DNA of 64,000 nt, from positions 64,001 through 128,000 of the forward strand of contig JBHLMN010000012.1 of NCBI GenBank assembly GCA_048938105.1, in the 5' to 3' direction. The stretch is from Promethearchaeota archaeon. GTDB taxonomy: Archaea; Asgardarchaeota; Heimdallarchaeia; Hodarchaeales; Hodarchaeaceae. The position numbers and the translations under genes are program-made. Of the stretch, positions 1 through 10,941 are shown one piece after another. Within the stretch, counting starts at the first letter, position 1. Every line of letters starts with the position of its first letter. Below the pieces are notes generated by a model, which saw only the letters and a list, made by a program, of their open reading frames with translations, had not been told where the DNA came from and made no database searches.

Positions 1-1
1 T

Positions 2-1234
2 GGGGTATGGAATTCTTTCGTTAGAGATAATCTTGATCAATCTGTTATTGATCGTATTGAAAATACTTCAATTCTTGAAAAATTGACAGTTGAAGAAAGT
101 GGTTTAATAATTGAAAAGAGAATGGATTTAGTATGGAAGAGGGCTACTATTTCACCTTCTAATCCACGTTATCCGTTTACTGAAGAAAAGATTGAGGATC
201 TTTCAAAAAAAAGTGCTTGGAATCCAAGGAAATTTATCCGAAATGCAGGTATTTTTTTCAAAGAAATCCAAACTAATGGAGTTGAAATCACTCCGCCTGA
301 AGGAGATTTAGAAGAAGACATTGCCAAAGATGAAACTGAATTCATCTTGAAATCACTTGTAAGCATCGAAGAAAAATATCATGTTGAATATATGAATTCA
401 TCTTTGGATAAAAGGGAGGATATAATAATTTCTGCAATTTATCAGCTTTTTAGGGGTATGAAAGATTATAAAATCAGTTATAAAGGTGTAAATATTACTG
501 ATGTTGAAAGAAATTTAGTTTTTGAGCGAGGAAAAAAAGGAATAAACTTATTATTACGCTTTAGACATTCTAACTTGGATAAAAAAATTGGTATTGAATG
601 TAGTAATGCGAGTAATATGGTTAAACTCTATCATACTTTGAATCGATTAATTACTTACAATAAGGATGGCCATTATGATAACAATATTTTTATTCGCGAA
701 AAAGATCTATTAATTTCTCGAACTGCTAAAAGGACAATAGACCTTGTAGAAATTATCAAATCTCAAGGGGGATACTTTGAGATAGATAATAAAGTTAATT
801 TAAAGCTTTACGCTTTAAAACGCCTTTTAGATTCTGCTGGAGCTAAAGAACTCTCTTATAGAGATAAGATTCTCGATTATGAAGATACCTGTAAAATCCT
901 TATACATTCATACATTCAAACAATGACAATCTTTGAGGACTTGTTTGATTTTATTACATCATTATTCCAAATTCAAATTGAAGAAGATTCACCTGAAGAA
1001 ACTGATAAAGAGCAAGAAGTCACTTCTATCCAATATAAAGATGAATTATGGAATTTCATTTGCAAAAGAAGATTCTTAGGTTTTGATTCAATAAAAAAAA
1101 GGTTCAAGGATATTTCTAATTCAAATATTATTTCCAATTTAAAGGACCTAGAAAAGCAGAAAAGGATTATTATCAGAGAAGGACCAAATAAAGAATTGTT
1201 GATTCAATTAAAATCAGAAAGAAAATTATCCTGA
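2..1234 (+). CDS. AAA+/P-loop ATPase, C-terminal part (5'-truncated by window), with possible REase-like fold and C-terminal winged helix
   Basis: Frame is open from nt 2 (GVWNSFVRDNLDQSVIDRIENT...), upstream of the track start at 83. SVIDRI (Arg-finger-like), YPFT and NPRKFIR (sensor-2-like) motifs; Walker motifs lie outside the window. Confidence 0.6.
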   Translation, partial: GVWNSFVRDNLDQSVIDRIENTSILEKLTVEESGLIIEKRMDLVWKRATISPSNPRYPFTEEKIEDLSKKSAWNPRKFIRNAGIFFKEIQTNGVEITPPEGDLEEDIAKDETEFILKSLVSIEEKYHVEYMNSSLDKREDIIISAIYQLFRGMKDYKISYKGVNITDVERNLVFERGKKGINLLLRFRHSNLDKKIGIECSNASNMVKLYHTLNRLITYNKDGHYDNNIFIREKDLLISRTAKRTIDLVEIIKSQGGYFEIDNKVNLKLYALKRLLDSAGAKELSYRDKILDYEDTCKILIHSYIQTMTIFEDLFDFITSLFQIQIEEDSPEETDKEQEVTSIQYKDELWNFICKRRFLGFDSIKKRFKDISNSNIISNLKDLEKQKRIIIREGPNKELLIQLKSERKLS

Positions 1235-1252
1235 GAAAGGGGGAGATACATA

Positions 1253-3415
1253 ATGTCATCAAAATATGAATATCGTTTTTCAGCAACAGATGTGAGAAAT
1301 GCAATAAAATGTCCTAGACTCTTTGTATTGGCCAAGAAATTTAAAAAAAGAGCTGCCTATCCTATCGGATTAGGTGTTGGAAATCTTGTTCATGATACTT
1401 TAAACAGTTTTATTAAAATGATTTCAAGTAGATCAAAGATCATTTCTTTGTTTTCGAAAAACATGAATACCAATGAGATTAGGGAGATATGCAGAGAATT
1501 ACTTTCTGAATTATTTTCAGAAAGGATAGATAAAAAACTCTCAAAAATTCGTGATATAAACACAATTGAAAAAGCTTGGATTTTACTTGATGGTTCTTCA
1601 GAAAAATTCGCTTTAATCTTAAAAAAAGCATTAATTAGATATCCACTAGAGGAAATCCCAGGTAAAATCATATTAGGAGCAGAAAAATCTTTCAAACTCC
1701 CTTTAACAATTCAAGACCAACAATTTATACTGACTGGAAGAGTTGATTTTCTCTTAAGAGACCCTGAAACAAATCAAATCATAATTTTTGATTATAAGAC
1801 TGGATCACCAGAGAATATTAATCAAGATTGTATTCAGCTAGTTTGTTATTCAATGGGGATTGAGAGGGAACTTAAAGAGAAAAGTGAGATCAGAATTCTT
1901 TATTTTTTTGAAGATGGAATCAGAGATGTTGAACTTCCACCTTCGGAAGATCTAAAGCCAAAATTACTCACTTTACTTCTCGAAATGGCTCAATGGCTAG
2001 AAGACTACCCACAACGAATTTCAGATGAAGAACTCTGTGATAAATGTCTGGTAAAACAAGACTGCTATAAAGAATTTGATGGTATAAACCCCCCAGACGA
2101 GATAAAAGCAAGTATATTTGATAAGATTAAAGATTTAGTAAAGACTCCCTCCATACATGAGGCTCATGAGATTAAAATCGGAAAATCTTTGAAAAATAAC
2201 AACGAAATTAAAATTAACAAAAATAAGTTTACACGCCACATAGCAATTTTAGGTTCCTCTGGATCAGGAAAAACAGTTCTTGCTAAAGTGATCATTGAGG
2301 AAATTCTCGGATCGGGGATTTCGGCACTTCTTATAGATCCACAAGGGGATTTAGCGTCTCTTACTTTATCAAATACCATAGAAGGGCAAAAATTACTTTC
2401 TAATATAGAAAAATTCATTTTTACCCCTGGTTCTAATAAGGGAGTAAATCTTATTTTGGATCCTTTTGCTGATCCTCCAAAAGAGAAGGGATTAGATAAA
2501 AATGAGTTTCGAGAATTTAAACTGGCATTACTTGATAATATTAGTTTGAATCTTCTTTCTATTTTGAATTTAGATCCAGCGAAGAACAAAGAAGAAAAAT
2601 CATTTCTTGAGGTTGTAATAAATGAAATTTGGAATATGGGAGAAAGACCAAGTTTTACAAAGATTGCAAACTATGTTGAAAGCATCGAGACTGTTACACC
2701 TGTTGATGGAGGAGAAAGAATTTCGGTCGATTTACTATTATCTTCAAGAAAAAGAAGACAAATATGTTCGTTACTCCTGTCCTACGCAGTTGGAACAGAT
2801 GGGACTCTCTTCCGTGGCGGTGAATCGTTAAATCTTAATGATATCACTAGTGGCAAACCAAAATTATATGTAATCCACCTAGGAGCGATTGGTGCAGATG
2901 TTAAGAAGAGACAAATTGTACTTTCTTGGATTATTAGATCAATATATACTTGGATGCTAAAAAATCCTCCAAAGGATCAAGATCCTAGATTATTATTTTA
3001 TATAGACGAAGTTGCTGATTTTCTACCCCCACATCCACATAATCCTGCATCAAAAAAGATGATAGATTTGTTACTACGACAAGCTCGAAAGTATGGTGTT
3101 AGTTGTATGTTAGCAACTCAATCACCAGCTAGTATCGATTATAAAGCTTTAGATAATGTTTTAACATTACTTATAGGGAGAATACCAACAAAACAGAGTA
3201 AAGAAAAAATATCTGACCTTGTAGGACCAAAATTTAAAGATTTTGATGATAGAAAAGAAAAATTAGAAAAAGTAATGAAGGCGAAACAAGGTGAATTTCT
3301 TATTGTGTCTGAGGATATTAATCCCTGTCTTTTCAAGTCAAGAATGACATATACAGAACACAGAATATTGAGTCTTGAAGACATCTCAAGGCTCTATCAT
3401 GAAAACTTGATATAA
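1253..3415 (+). CDS. Cas4/RecB-like PD-(D/E)XK nuclease fused to HerA/FtsK-like (DUF87/DUF853-type) ATPase
   Basis: KCPR, G-x-x-VH, GRVD...IFDYKTG, Q-L-x-x-Y and CDKC...C (four-Cys Fe-S pattern). Then HIAILGSSGSGKT (Walker A), LIDPQGD, LFYIDEV (Walker B), RQARKYGV and ATQSP. Confidence 0.85.
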   Translation: MSSKYEYRFSATDVRNAIKCPRLFVLAKKFKKRAAYPIGLGVGNLVHDTLNSFIKMISSRSKIISLFSKNMNTNEIREICRELLSELFSERIDKKLSKIRDINTIEKAWILLDGSSEKFALILKKALIRYPLEEIPGKIILGAEKSFKLPLTIQDQQFILTGRVDFLLRDPETNQIIIFDYKTGSPENINQDCIQLVCYSMGIERELKEKSEIRILYFFEDGIRDVELPPSEDLKPKLLTLLLEMAQWLEDYPQRISDEELCDKCLVKQDCYKEFDGINPPDEIKASIFDKIKDLVKTPSIHEAHEIKIGKSLKNNNEIKINKNKFTRHIAILGSSGSGKTVLAKVIIEEILGSGISALLIDPQGDLASLTLSNTIEGQKLLSNIEKFIFTPGSNKGVNLILDPFADPPKEKGLDKNEFREFKLALLDNISLNLLSILNLDPAKNKEEKSFLEVVINEIWNMGERPSFTKIANYVESIETVTPVDGGERISVDLLLSSRKRRQICSLLLSYAVGTDGTLFRGGESLNLNDITSGKPKLYVIHLGAIGADVKKRQIVLSWIIRSIYTWMLKNPPKDQDPRLLFYIDEVADFLPPHPHNPASKKMIDLLLRQARKYGVSCMLATQSPASIDYKALDNVLTLLIGRIPTKQSKEKISDLVGPKFKDFDDRKEKLEKVMKAKQGEFLIVSEDINPCLFKSRMTYTEHRILSLEDISRLYHENLI

Positions 3416-3682
3416 ATAGAAATAAGTATGTTCAGGCAAGACCAGAGATGCTAATCCTGCCTTTTACGGTCTTAAATTTAAGGAAACATAACAACTAAGA
3501 AAGGTTTTCATCAATTTCCTAAGTAGAAAATGTAATTTTCTTCCTCTATTGCACTTAAATGGACATCACGGATGAATATAATAGGAATAATTAAGGACTA
3601 GATATGGATTAAATCTCAAAAAAAGGAAAATGAAAACCCAGATGACTCTGGAAATATATCTAGATCTAGCTAATCTGAAATT

Positions 3683-4387
3683 GTGAGAATAATGCCTTAT
3701 GTTCCTCCAGAATATTTAAAAACAATTGTACTTTTAGGAAACATTAACCACAATAGGAGAATTTGTCCTTTAGGTACTGGATTCTTAGTACAAGTAAAAA
3801 AAGAGGGGTATTCCCGTTTCTGGCTTGTCACTGCTGCTCATGTTGTTAAAGACGATATGAGTTATTTTTTTATGGGAAAAGATAGAAAAATAAATCGGAT
3901 CTCATTTGAAGCTTTAAAAGAAAAACTGGGAGTAGAGTGGCATATTTTTCAAGATGATTTTGCGATTATTAATGTTGGTTTCGACCTTGAAGCTCATGAT
4001 ATTAAATTAATTCAGTCGGATATGATTTTCAGTCGAGAAAGATTATTTCCAGGAGAAGATGTTTTCTTTCTCGGTTATCCACTAGGTTTTATTGAAGATA
4101 ATGATATAACTCCGTTTATTAGAATGGGAATTATTGCTAGAATGTACGATAATAAAAATAGGTTCATAATTGATGGTTATTCGACTGGTGGAAGTAGTGG
4201 AAGTCCTCTATTCATTCATTCTAAAATATTTTCACGACATGGACAATCGAGAAGTATGCCACAATTGATTGGAATGATTCAAGGGCATATACCTCACCCG
4301 AATCATCCTGATGAAAACACAAATTTAGCTCTCGCGCTGTCTGTAGAGAAGATACATTCTGAAATAATGAACTTAAATCAAGCCTAA
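3683..4387 (+). CDS. Trypsin-like serine protease (cytoplasmic, Trypsin_2 type)
   Basis: GTGFLV, VTAAHV (His), DFAII (Asp), GGSSGSP (Ser), LGYP; no signal peptide. Confidence 0.85.
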   Translation: MRIMPYVPPEYLKTIVLLGNINHNRRICPLGTGFLVQVKKEGYSRFWLVTAAHVVKDDMSYFFMGKDRKINRISFEALKEKLGVEWHIFQDDFAIINVGFDLEAHDIKLIQSDMIFSRERLFPGEDVFFLGYPLGFIEDNDITPFIRMGIIARMYDNKNRFIIDGYSTGGSSGSPLFIHSKIFSRHGQSRSMPQLIGMIQGHIPHPNHPDENTNLALALSVEKIHSEIMNLNQA

Positions 4388-5218
4388 GCCATTAACAGCT
4401 CTTTTATTACTAGAAAGATGAGTTGTGGATAAAGAGAAAGGACTTATTAATCCAATAAGAATTAATAGAAAAACTAATTATAAAATTGGGTGGTATTACT
4501 GCCTATAGATGGAATTGCTGGAAGTATATTCGACATTTCAATTCCTATTATCACAATAAATGCCACTAGTACTCCATATGTTCAAAATGACATCGGATTA
4601 ATTTCTTTCTTTCCCTTGAACACTCCAGGGTTTAATATGGATCTTCTAACAGGTGGTGAAATTCCAATCACAAAAATTCTTGTGTTTCCAATTACTCCTC
4701 GAGTTTGTATACATTTTTGTACAATTAAAACTGTAAATAAATGGGTAAAAAAAACCAAAAGTTAGCGGAAGGGGACTCATCTTAAGATCATCTGAGGAAC
4801 AAAATATTGAACTCACAAATCCATTATTACTAAAGTTTGTTGAAAAATTCGTCTATTCTAATCAAGAAATAGATAAAAATTTATTTTTGAAATAACTAAG
4901 GAAAAGCGAATAACTTTGAGAGCCATATAAATTTCAATCTTATCAATCCAGCCTTTATCGACCAATCTAAAAATTGTCTAGACAAAGTATTAATTCTTTC
5001 ATTCTGTCTTTTTGGCTTTTTAGAGATTACATTAGCATCTATAATTTAATAATTAACTTCTACAACTATTCAAAACTGTTTTTAATAGCATTAGGATGTT
5101 TTATCCATCAATAACTTCATTGATACATTATAATGTCTTTAAAGAAAATTTATTAAAAACTTATAAAATTATAAGTAAAACTTAAAAAAATCATTCATTT
5201 ACTTGTAATTGGATTTTC

Positions 5219-6271
5219 GTGGGAATATTCATGGGGATAATTGTACGAGAATTTGACTATAAGGGAATGAAAGGAAGATTATTTAAGACTTCAAAAGATC
5301 TGATTTACAATGAATTAAAAGAAAAAATAGGTGAAAGCCTCAATTTTATTCCAAGAAAAATTCCAGATTATACTGATCATGGCATAGAACATGTTAAAAG
5401 AATGCAAGAAATTTTAGATGTCCTAAGTAATTTTATCAGACAGATCTCCACTCCTGGTCACCTTACTGATTTTGAATATCAAGCTTTAAAGTTTGCAATC
5501 TTATTTCATGATATTGGCAATTTACACTGTAGAACTTTTCATAATTTCCATTCATGTGAATTATTGCTAGGAAAAAAAACATACATTTCTGGGGGTTTAA
5601 CCACTAATACAATCAAGAGTGTAAATGAACAACTTAGAATATATGGCTTAAATAACTTAGATTTTGATGTATCATGGTCTGAAGAAGATATTTCTGGTTT
5701 AACGGAAAGAGAAATGAATTTTATTTCGTTAATCGCAGAATTGTGTAAATACCATAAGTTATCAACGAAATATTTGGATATGGAAGATAAACTCCTTGAA
5801 TTATGTAAGAATGAAGGGAATCTATTTCGAAAATTATCTTGTATCCTACGGATCTGTGATAATTTAGATCTTAGTCAACAGAGAACTCCAGGCTTAATAT
5901 ATGAAATGATGAAAACTGAAATGGACTGCGAAAGCAAAATAATTTGGGAGGCCCATAAGATTATGAAACCTCCAGAAATTCTTGTTTCTGATGACGAAAA
6001 ACATGTATTAATTGTGATAAGAATTGAAGAATTCTTTGAAAGAGAAGAAAACATTAAGAAATATATTCAGAATATTATAAATAGATATCGAGAAGAAATA
6101 ACAATTGGAACATGTAAACAAGCTAGAAGAACCGATTTAATTGAATTTGCTGAACTTGTAGATACACATATAATTATGAGTTTTTCTTCTCATGGAAGAA
6201 AAAAAGAGATCATTGAATATTTTTATACCAATAAAGCTCTAAAGAATACTGAAATTGAAAGTTTGTTATAA
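5219..6271 (+). CDS. HD-domain phosphohydrolase (HD-CE-like)
   Basis: YTDHGIEHVKR, LFHDIG, HNFHS, KYH and LRICDNLD motifs. Confidence 0.8.
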   Translation: MGIFMGIIVREFDYKGMKGRLFKTSKDLIYNELKEKIGESLNFIPRKIPDYTDHGIEHVKRMQEILDVLSNFIRQISTPGHLTDFEYQALKFAILFHDIGNLHCRTFHNFHSCELLLGKKTYISGGLTTNTIKSVNEQLRIYGLNNLDFDVSWSEEDISGLTEREMNFISLIAELCKYHKLSTKYLDMEDKLLELCKNEGNLFRKLSCILRICDNLDLSQQRTPGLIYEMMKTEMDCESKIIWEAHKIMKPPEILVSDDEKHVLIVIRIEEFFEREENIKKYIQNIINRYREEITIGTCKQARRTDLIEFAELVDTHIIMSFSSHGRKKEIIEYFYTNKALKNTEIESLL

Positions 6272-6353
6272 TGAATTACCGATTGAGTAGGATTAAAAAG
6301 TGTAATTTAAGATAGATACACTAAAATAGTACTATTAAGAAAATGTTAAGAAA

Positions 6354-7355
6354 ATGTCCACAATAAATCAGGAGCAAGATGGAGATAATATGGAAGGAAG
6401 GAAGGTTTTAATTGTTGCAGAAAAAAGCTTTAGGGGACTAATTTCATCTTTAATTGAACGAAAATATTATAACAATAAATACAACATTGAATCTACCATT
6501 ATTCATCCTCCAAATAATAATATTAACTTTATTTCTGAAATAAAGGATTATAACAAAATCGTATTTCTGAATTATGAAGTAGAGGAAAATCAAGCCAACC
6601 TAATTCACGAAAATTTAATTGACAAAATTCATCGAACAATTTTATATTATTATTCCAATAGAGAATATTCCAAGTCAGGAAAAATTCTAATGGAGAAATT
6701 TTCTAAGAGTACCAATATTTCGTTTTTTCAGTCTCGTATCGTGGAACGGTTTACTATCCATCCTAAAGACAAATATGATTGGTATTTAAGCGCATTAGCT
6801 CACATTGTAGATTATGCAAATCTTGAAATAGATGAAGAGACAATTAAACAAGCTTTATCTTTGATTAATATTAAAGCGCTAAAGCGCAATCAAGAATATT
6901 TAGATGATCCAATATTATATCTTGCCTATCTAACTAAAAAAGATTTCACGATACTGAAATCAATAATTGAACCAATATTCATCCGACCAGGGGCATCAGA
7001 ATTAATTTCTATGAAAACACGATGGCATTGTAGCGAGAATCTAACAAAACCATACAAGGTTTATATAAATACAATTCTAAGAAAAATTCCTCAGAAAAGG
7101 CAGGATGAACTTTATCCTAGGAATCGAATGATAATAAGATCCCACAGAACATTAGAAACACGCTTTTGGGAAGATCATCAAACAGCAAAGATTCATTTCC
7201 ATCATTTATCGAAAATTCCAGACCCAAAAACTTGGTATTTTTCCACTCCTTCAGGTTATATTGTTAAGAATGTAAATGAATTTTTTATAGAAAATCAGTC
7301 GGGAGATAATGCCAATTCTGCATTGCAATTAAAAAAAAGATTTTTAGAGCGATAA
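6354..7355 (+). CDS. Hypothetical protein (start may be the ATG at 6390 after GGAGA)
   Basis: 333-codon ORF, co-oriented with its neighbours; no recognised motif. Confidence 0.6.
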   Translation: MSTINQEQDGDNMEGRKVLIVAEKSFRGLISSLIERKYYNNKYNIESTIIHPPNNNINFISEIKDYNKIVFLNYEVEENQANLIHENLIDKIHRTILYYYSNREYSKSGKILMEKFSKSTNISFFQSRIVERFTIHPKDKYDWYLSALAHIVDYANLEIDEETIKQALSLINIKALKRNQEYLDDPILYLAYLTKKDFTILKSIIEPIFIRPGASELISMKTRWHCSENLTKPYKVYINTILRKIPQKRQDELYPRNRMIIRSHRTLETRFWEDHQTAKIHFHHLSKIPDPKTWYFSTPSGYIVKNVNEFFIENQSGDNANSALQLKKRFLER

Positions 7356-7360
7356 TCATT

Positions 7361-8176
7361 ATGAGAATAGTTGAAAATTTATCAATTTTTTGTTTCGGAA
7401 TTTTAAAAGAAAAAACGCTTCCATCTGGATTTGTACTATTTCAAAGATCTGATGAAATCATTCAACTTTTGACTGAGATTGGAATGAATCCGATAGATTT
7501 AGTTAATAAAGAGCAACAGGAGGACATATATCAGAATCAATATATTGTTATTAAGTGCTCCATACCCGATAATTGCCAGGATCAGCTATATATTTCAGAA
7601 ATAACAGTTACTATGAAAGGTGTTGGTATATTAATTACACCTATTGATACTTATTACACCCTTGAAAAAGAAAAACAAGTTGAAATCCTATTAGATGAAT
7701 CACAGAGGGTTGAGCTGCGTCTTATCGAAATAATGAAAGAGTTTGGCAAAATTCTTACGACAATCAAGAATATTACGGAAAATGATTATACTTTATACTA
7801 TGATATAAAAGCAAAATCGAAATTTGAGGCTGATAATTTTTTAAATATTTACAATAAAGACATGGTTAAATTTTTTAAAGTTTTGAAAGAAAAATCTTAC
7901 CCAATTGCAGATTTTTCAGATAATAAAGTCGAACCTAGCCTTTCAGGAATTATTTCACCGAAAATAATTGAAGACGTTGAAAAAATGAGTCATCATATGA
8001 AAGAACTTAGAAAAATTCCTTTTCCAATAAGAGATTTTTATGTTGCTCATCGTACTCCTGAAGATGTACCATTAAAAGAAATCCAAATATCCATTTCTGG
8101 AATAAATCTTGAATCCTATTGTGAATGTTTACAGATACTTGATGAAATTATTGATGGAAATGAAAAATCGCTTTAA
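7361..8176 (+). CDS. Hypothetical protein
   Basis: 271-codon ORF starting 5 nt after the previous stop (operon-like). Confidence 0.65.
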   Translation: MRIVENLSIFCFGILKEKTLPSGFVLFQRSDEIIQLLTEIGMNPIDLVNKEQQEDIYQNQYIVIKCSIPDNCQDQLYISEITVTMKGVGILITPIDTYYTLEKEKQVEILLDESQRVELRLIEIMKEFGKILTTIKNITENDYTLYYDIKAKSKFEADNFLNIYNKDMVKFFKVLKEKSYPIADFSDNKVEPSLSGIISPKIIEDVEKMSHHMKELRKIPFPIRDFYVAHRTPEDVPLKEIQISISGINLESYCECLQILDEIIDGNEKSL

Positions 8177-8332
8177 GAGATAACCCAAAAGTAAATTGAA
8201 TCTCGTCTGATGTTTATTCCAATAATTCCTTTCGGATCATTTTTTACAAATGACTTAAAAAATCTTGTACCTTTATATGGCTAAAACAATAATCGAAAAT
8301 TCTTAATGACTCTGCTGAGAATACTCAATTAA

Positions 8333-8563
8333 TTCGCTGGTGTAAACATATCGAAAAAAGTGAAAACCAATCCTGAGCTCTTCTTAAAAATAGTCGAACT
8401 ATTCAACAAAGAGGTAAAGGAATTCTTTAAGGTACTTTATCAAATGAAATAAGACTGGGTTATTGATGATTCCAAATTTCGAACAACATTTACTGATTTT
8501 GAATTAATACCACTCGATCAAGCATTTAAAGTAACATTTGACTGGAAAACAGAGGATAAGTAA
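8333..8563 (+). pseudogene. C-terminal relic of NAD-dependent epimerase/SDR-family gene
   Basis: Manual translation FAGVNISKKVKTNPELFLKIVELFNKEVKEFFKVLYQMK*DWVIDDSKFRTTFTDFELIPLDQAFKVTFDWK; in-frame TAA at 8450-8452. Confidence 0.5.
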
Positions 8564-8734
8564 TAGCTATCATCTTCTTTTTTTTCAAACAACATGTACT
8601 AGTAGAAAAAGAAAAATGGAACATACTCGTTACAACATTTTTTTGTAACCAAATTCTGCCAATCCAGCCATTTACGACCTTTTTAATTCGATAATTGTAT
8701 GAAAAATATACCTAGAAATCACTCTCCATAAAGT

Positions 8735-9340
8735 TCATTCATAAATTTTTACGACTTTAGGCATTTTTCTGAATGGTAAATAGAATAAAAAGGTTCTTAC
8801 AATGCTTGATTTCCTATTCCTCAATCGAATTATTGTGGTGGTTAGTTGAGTATGCATATCTTCAGTTTCTTTTATTAAAAACTTCAGATCAGGGATATAA
8901 ACTGTTGAAATCCACCATGTTTCTTCATCATACGGTAACTCTAACAATGGGTTTCGTCTAATGATGTATGTTTTTGCTTCCACATTATAATTGATGTTTT
9001 TAATGATTCTTTCATAAGAATTCATAAAATCTGTATTATGATAGTAGGACAATTCGTGACGAAACTGGCTATAGACCTTTTTTAGGTTAGAAACCCAAGC
9101 TTCTTCCAAGTTAATTAGAACATAATCTTTTTTTATAGGATTAACTTCTTGTTGATGAATAATCTTCCCAATACTTAAACCAATAAACCGTAATTCACCA
9201 TAACAATGTTTTATTAGATCAATGTAATTTTCTAAGAGTTCTATTCTCTGTTCATCCTTCCAAGCAACGAATTTAGGAAATAAATAACCTAAGAAAGCTC
9301 CTAAAGCTATTAACAATACATCTGTTACTAGATCACTCAT
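8735..9340 (-). CDS. Hypothetical protein with N-terminal TM anchor
   Basis: Hydrophobic VLLIALGAFLGYLF at the N-terminus, then a helical soluble domain. Confidence 0.65.
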   Translation of the reverse strand: MSDLVTDVLLIALGAFLGYLFPKFVAWKDEQRIELLENYIDLIKHCYGELRFIGLSIGKIIHQQEVNPIKKDYVLINLEEAWVSNLKKVYSQFRHELSYYHNTDFMNSYERIIKNINYNVEAKTYIIRRNPLLELPYDEETWWISTVYIPDLKFLIKETEDMHTQLTTTIIRLRNRKSSIVRTFLFYLPFRKMPKVVKIYE

Positions 9341-9621
9341 ATTGTTTGGCCCTCATTATTGAATTATATAGTTCAGACAACTAGGAAGTGTTGTTTTATA
9401 TAAGTTCATTGAAGTCAGAATCATCTGGATCACTAGAAAAAAGCAGTATTCATTGTTGGCTGGCTCCAACAAAGAGAAAGGATTAGGCTATTCTACTGCA
9501 TTTGACCGCTTCATAATCATTTGAAGTGTCATGAAAACTTGTTTAAAGATACATTGTCTCCAAGTACGTTTCACTAATGTTTTTTGAAACTTTATTTCTT
9601 ATGTTAAATTTTTCAATACAA

Positions 9622-10425
9622 TTATTTTGTATTTGCAAACTTCTCAAACATATTATTAAACTGTTCAAAGAAATAATCATAGAGAAATCCCCCTTTTTCA
9701 CAGATGAATGTTGGAACGTTGACACTGTATGCTTTAATATGACTGAATAATGCAACTATTATTGTATTATCTAAACGGTACATTGAATACACTGGCGCCT
9801 CAGGAAGGAATTTCATTTCCATTTTAGCAGGAAACTGTTCAGATTGCGGAAATAATTTCTTGAAATCATCCTGAGCTTTTTTTATTGAATTAATTATTTC
9901 TTCCTTCTCTTCGTCAAATCTCTTTGATAATTCTTCTACGGTCGAATTACTTTCAAAATCTGGTAAAATTATTCTCACGTTCAATTTCTTATCTCTTGCA
10001 AGTTCTTCTAGATCATTGTAATTCGTTGAACGCCAAGAAGAACCTCGGCATATATATATATCAAATTCCTTAATGCTTTTGAAGTAATCTTCCCAAACAA
10101 TATCTTTTCTGAATGAGGGAGGAGTTCTAATTAATCCAGACAGAATTAAATCATTTGACAAATTTGTTTTGACTAGAATCTCTTCTAAAAAGCTCTGCTT
10201 TCCTAATATTTCCCAAATTAATGCGATTGAAACCGTAACAAGTAAAAAACTTGCGAATTCTCCCACAATGGCCCGCAAATACGGAAAATCAATCCATAAG
10301 TTCTCATTAAGATTTAACAAGAGTAAGGTTAAACCTATCATAGCAGTGATTAGAGATATGATATAAAATCGATATCGAACAACCTGACTCTGTACTTTCT
10401 GTAACCTGGAGTTTTTCATTATCAA
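9622..10425 (-). CDS. Two-TM membrane protein with PLD-like (DUF5919-type) soluble domain
   Basis: Two N-terminal TM helices, then FDIYICRG.SW, VRIILPD and SMYRLDNTIIV strand pattern; no intact HKD. Confidence 0.6.
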   Translation of the reverse strand: MIMKNSRLQKVQSQVVRYRFYIISLITAMIGLTLLLLNLNENLWIDFPYLRAIVGEFASFLLVTVSIALIWEILGKQSFLEEILVKTNLSNDLILSGLIRTPPSFRKDIVWEDYFKSIKEFDIYICRGSSWRSTNYNDLEELARDKKLNVRIILPDFESNSTVEELSKRFDEEKEEIINSIKKAQDDFKKLFPQSEQFPAKMEMKFLPEAPVYSMYRLDNTIIVALFSHIKAYSVNVPTFICEKGGFLYDYFFEQFNNMFEKFANTK

Positions 10426-10941
10426 TCATCTTTCAACAACAATTGAAGATTTTTTAAACTTTCTAAAGGTGAATTATAAATATTTTTTAGAGGATTATTG
10501 CCAAATTATTATCTAAATAGAAAAATAGTTCTAAATAAGTCAAAAATGGTTTGTAAAATCATTAAAAGGTTTGTACCAATATCAATATGTAAATAAAGTA
10601 TACTATGAAGAATTGAGTAGATTTAAATGTTCACTCATAATATCACACAATTACTAAGATATAATTATTCAACAATACCAGAAATAAAACAGAGAAGAGT
10701 CTTATAAAGTCAATGAAAACCTAGAGCATGATTTATAGAGGATTGTTATCTCAAGATTCCTTTATTTCCAAAGACAAATAGAAAGACATATTGAACTTCT
10801 AATCTCCTGAAATATACCTTTTTTAGTGAGAAAAATTAATTGAAATGATTCATGATTTTTAGGATTTCCCGCGAAATATATATTGATCTGATATAAGATT
10901 TCCTATCTATTCAATTTTATCAGCCTTGATTGTTCCAATAT

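Noticed and set aside
1253-2100. Cas4 as evidence of a CRISPR-Cas locus
   Set aside because: No cas1/cas2 or array in the window, and the nuclease is fused to HerA.
4490-4765. 91-aa + strand ORF
   Set aside because: Likely a shadow; the opposite strand reads as a stop-interrupted membrane-protein-like frame (...KKEINPMSF*TYGVLVAFIVIIG...), itself too weak to call.
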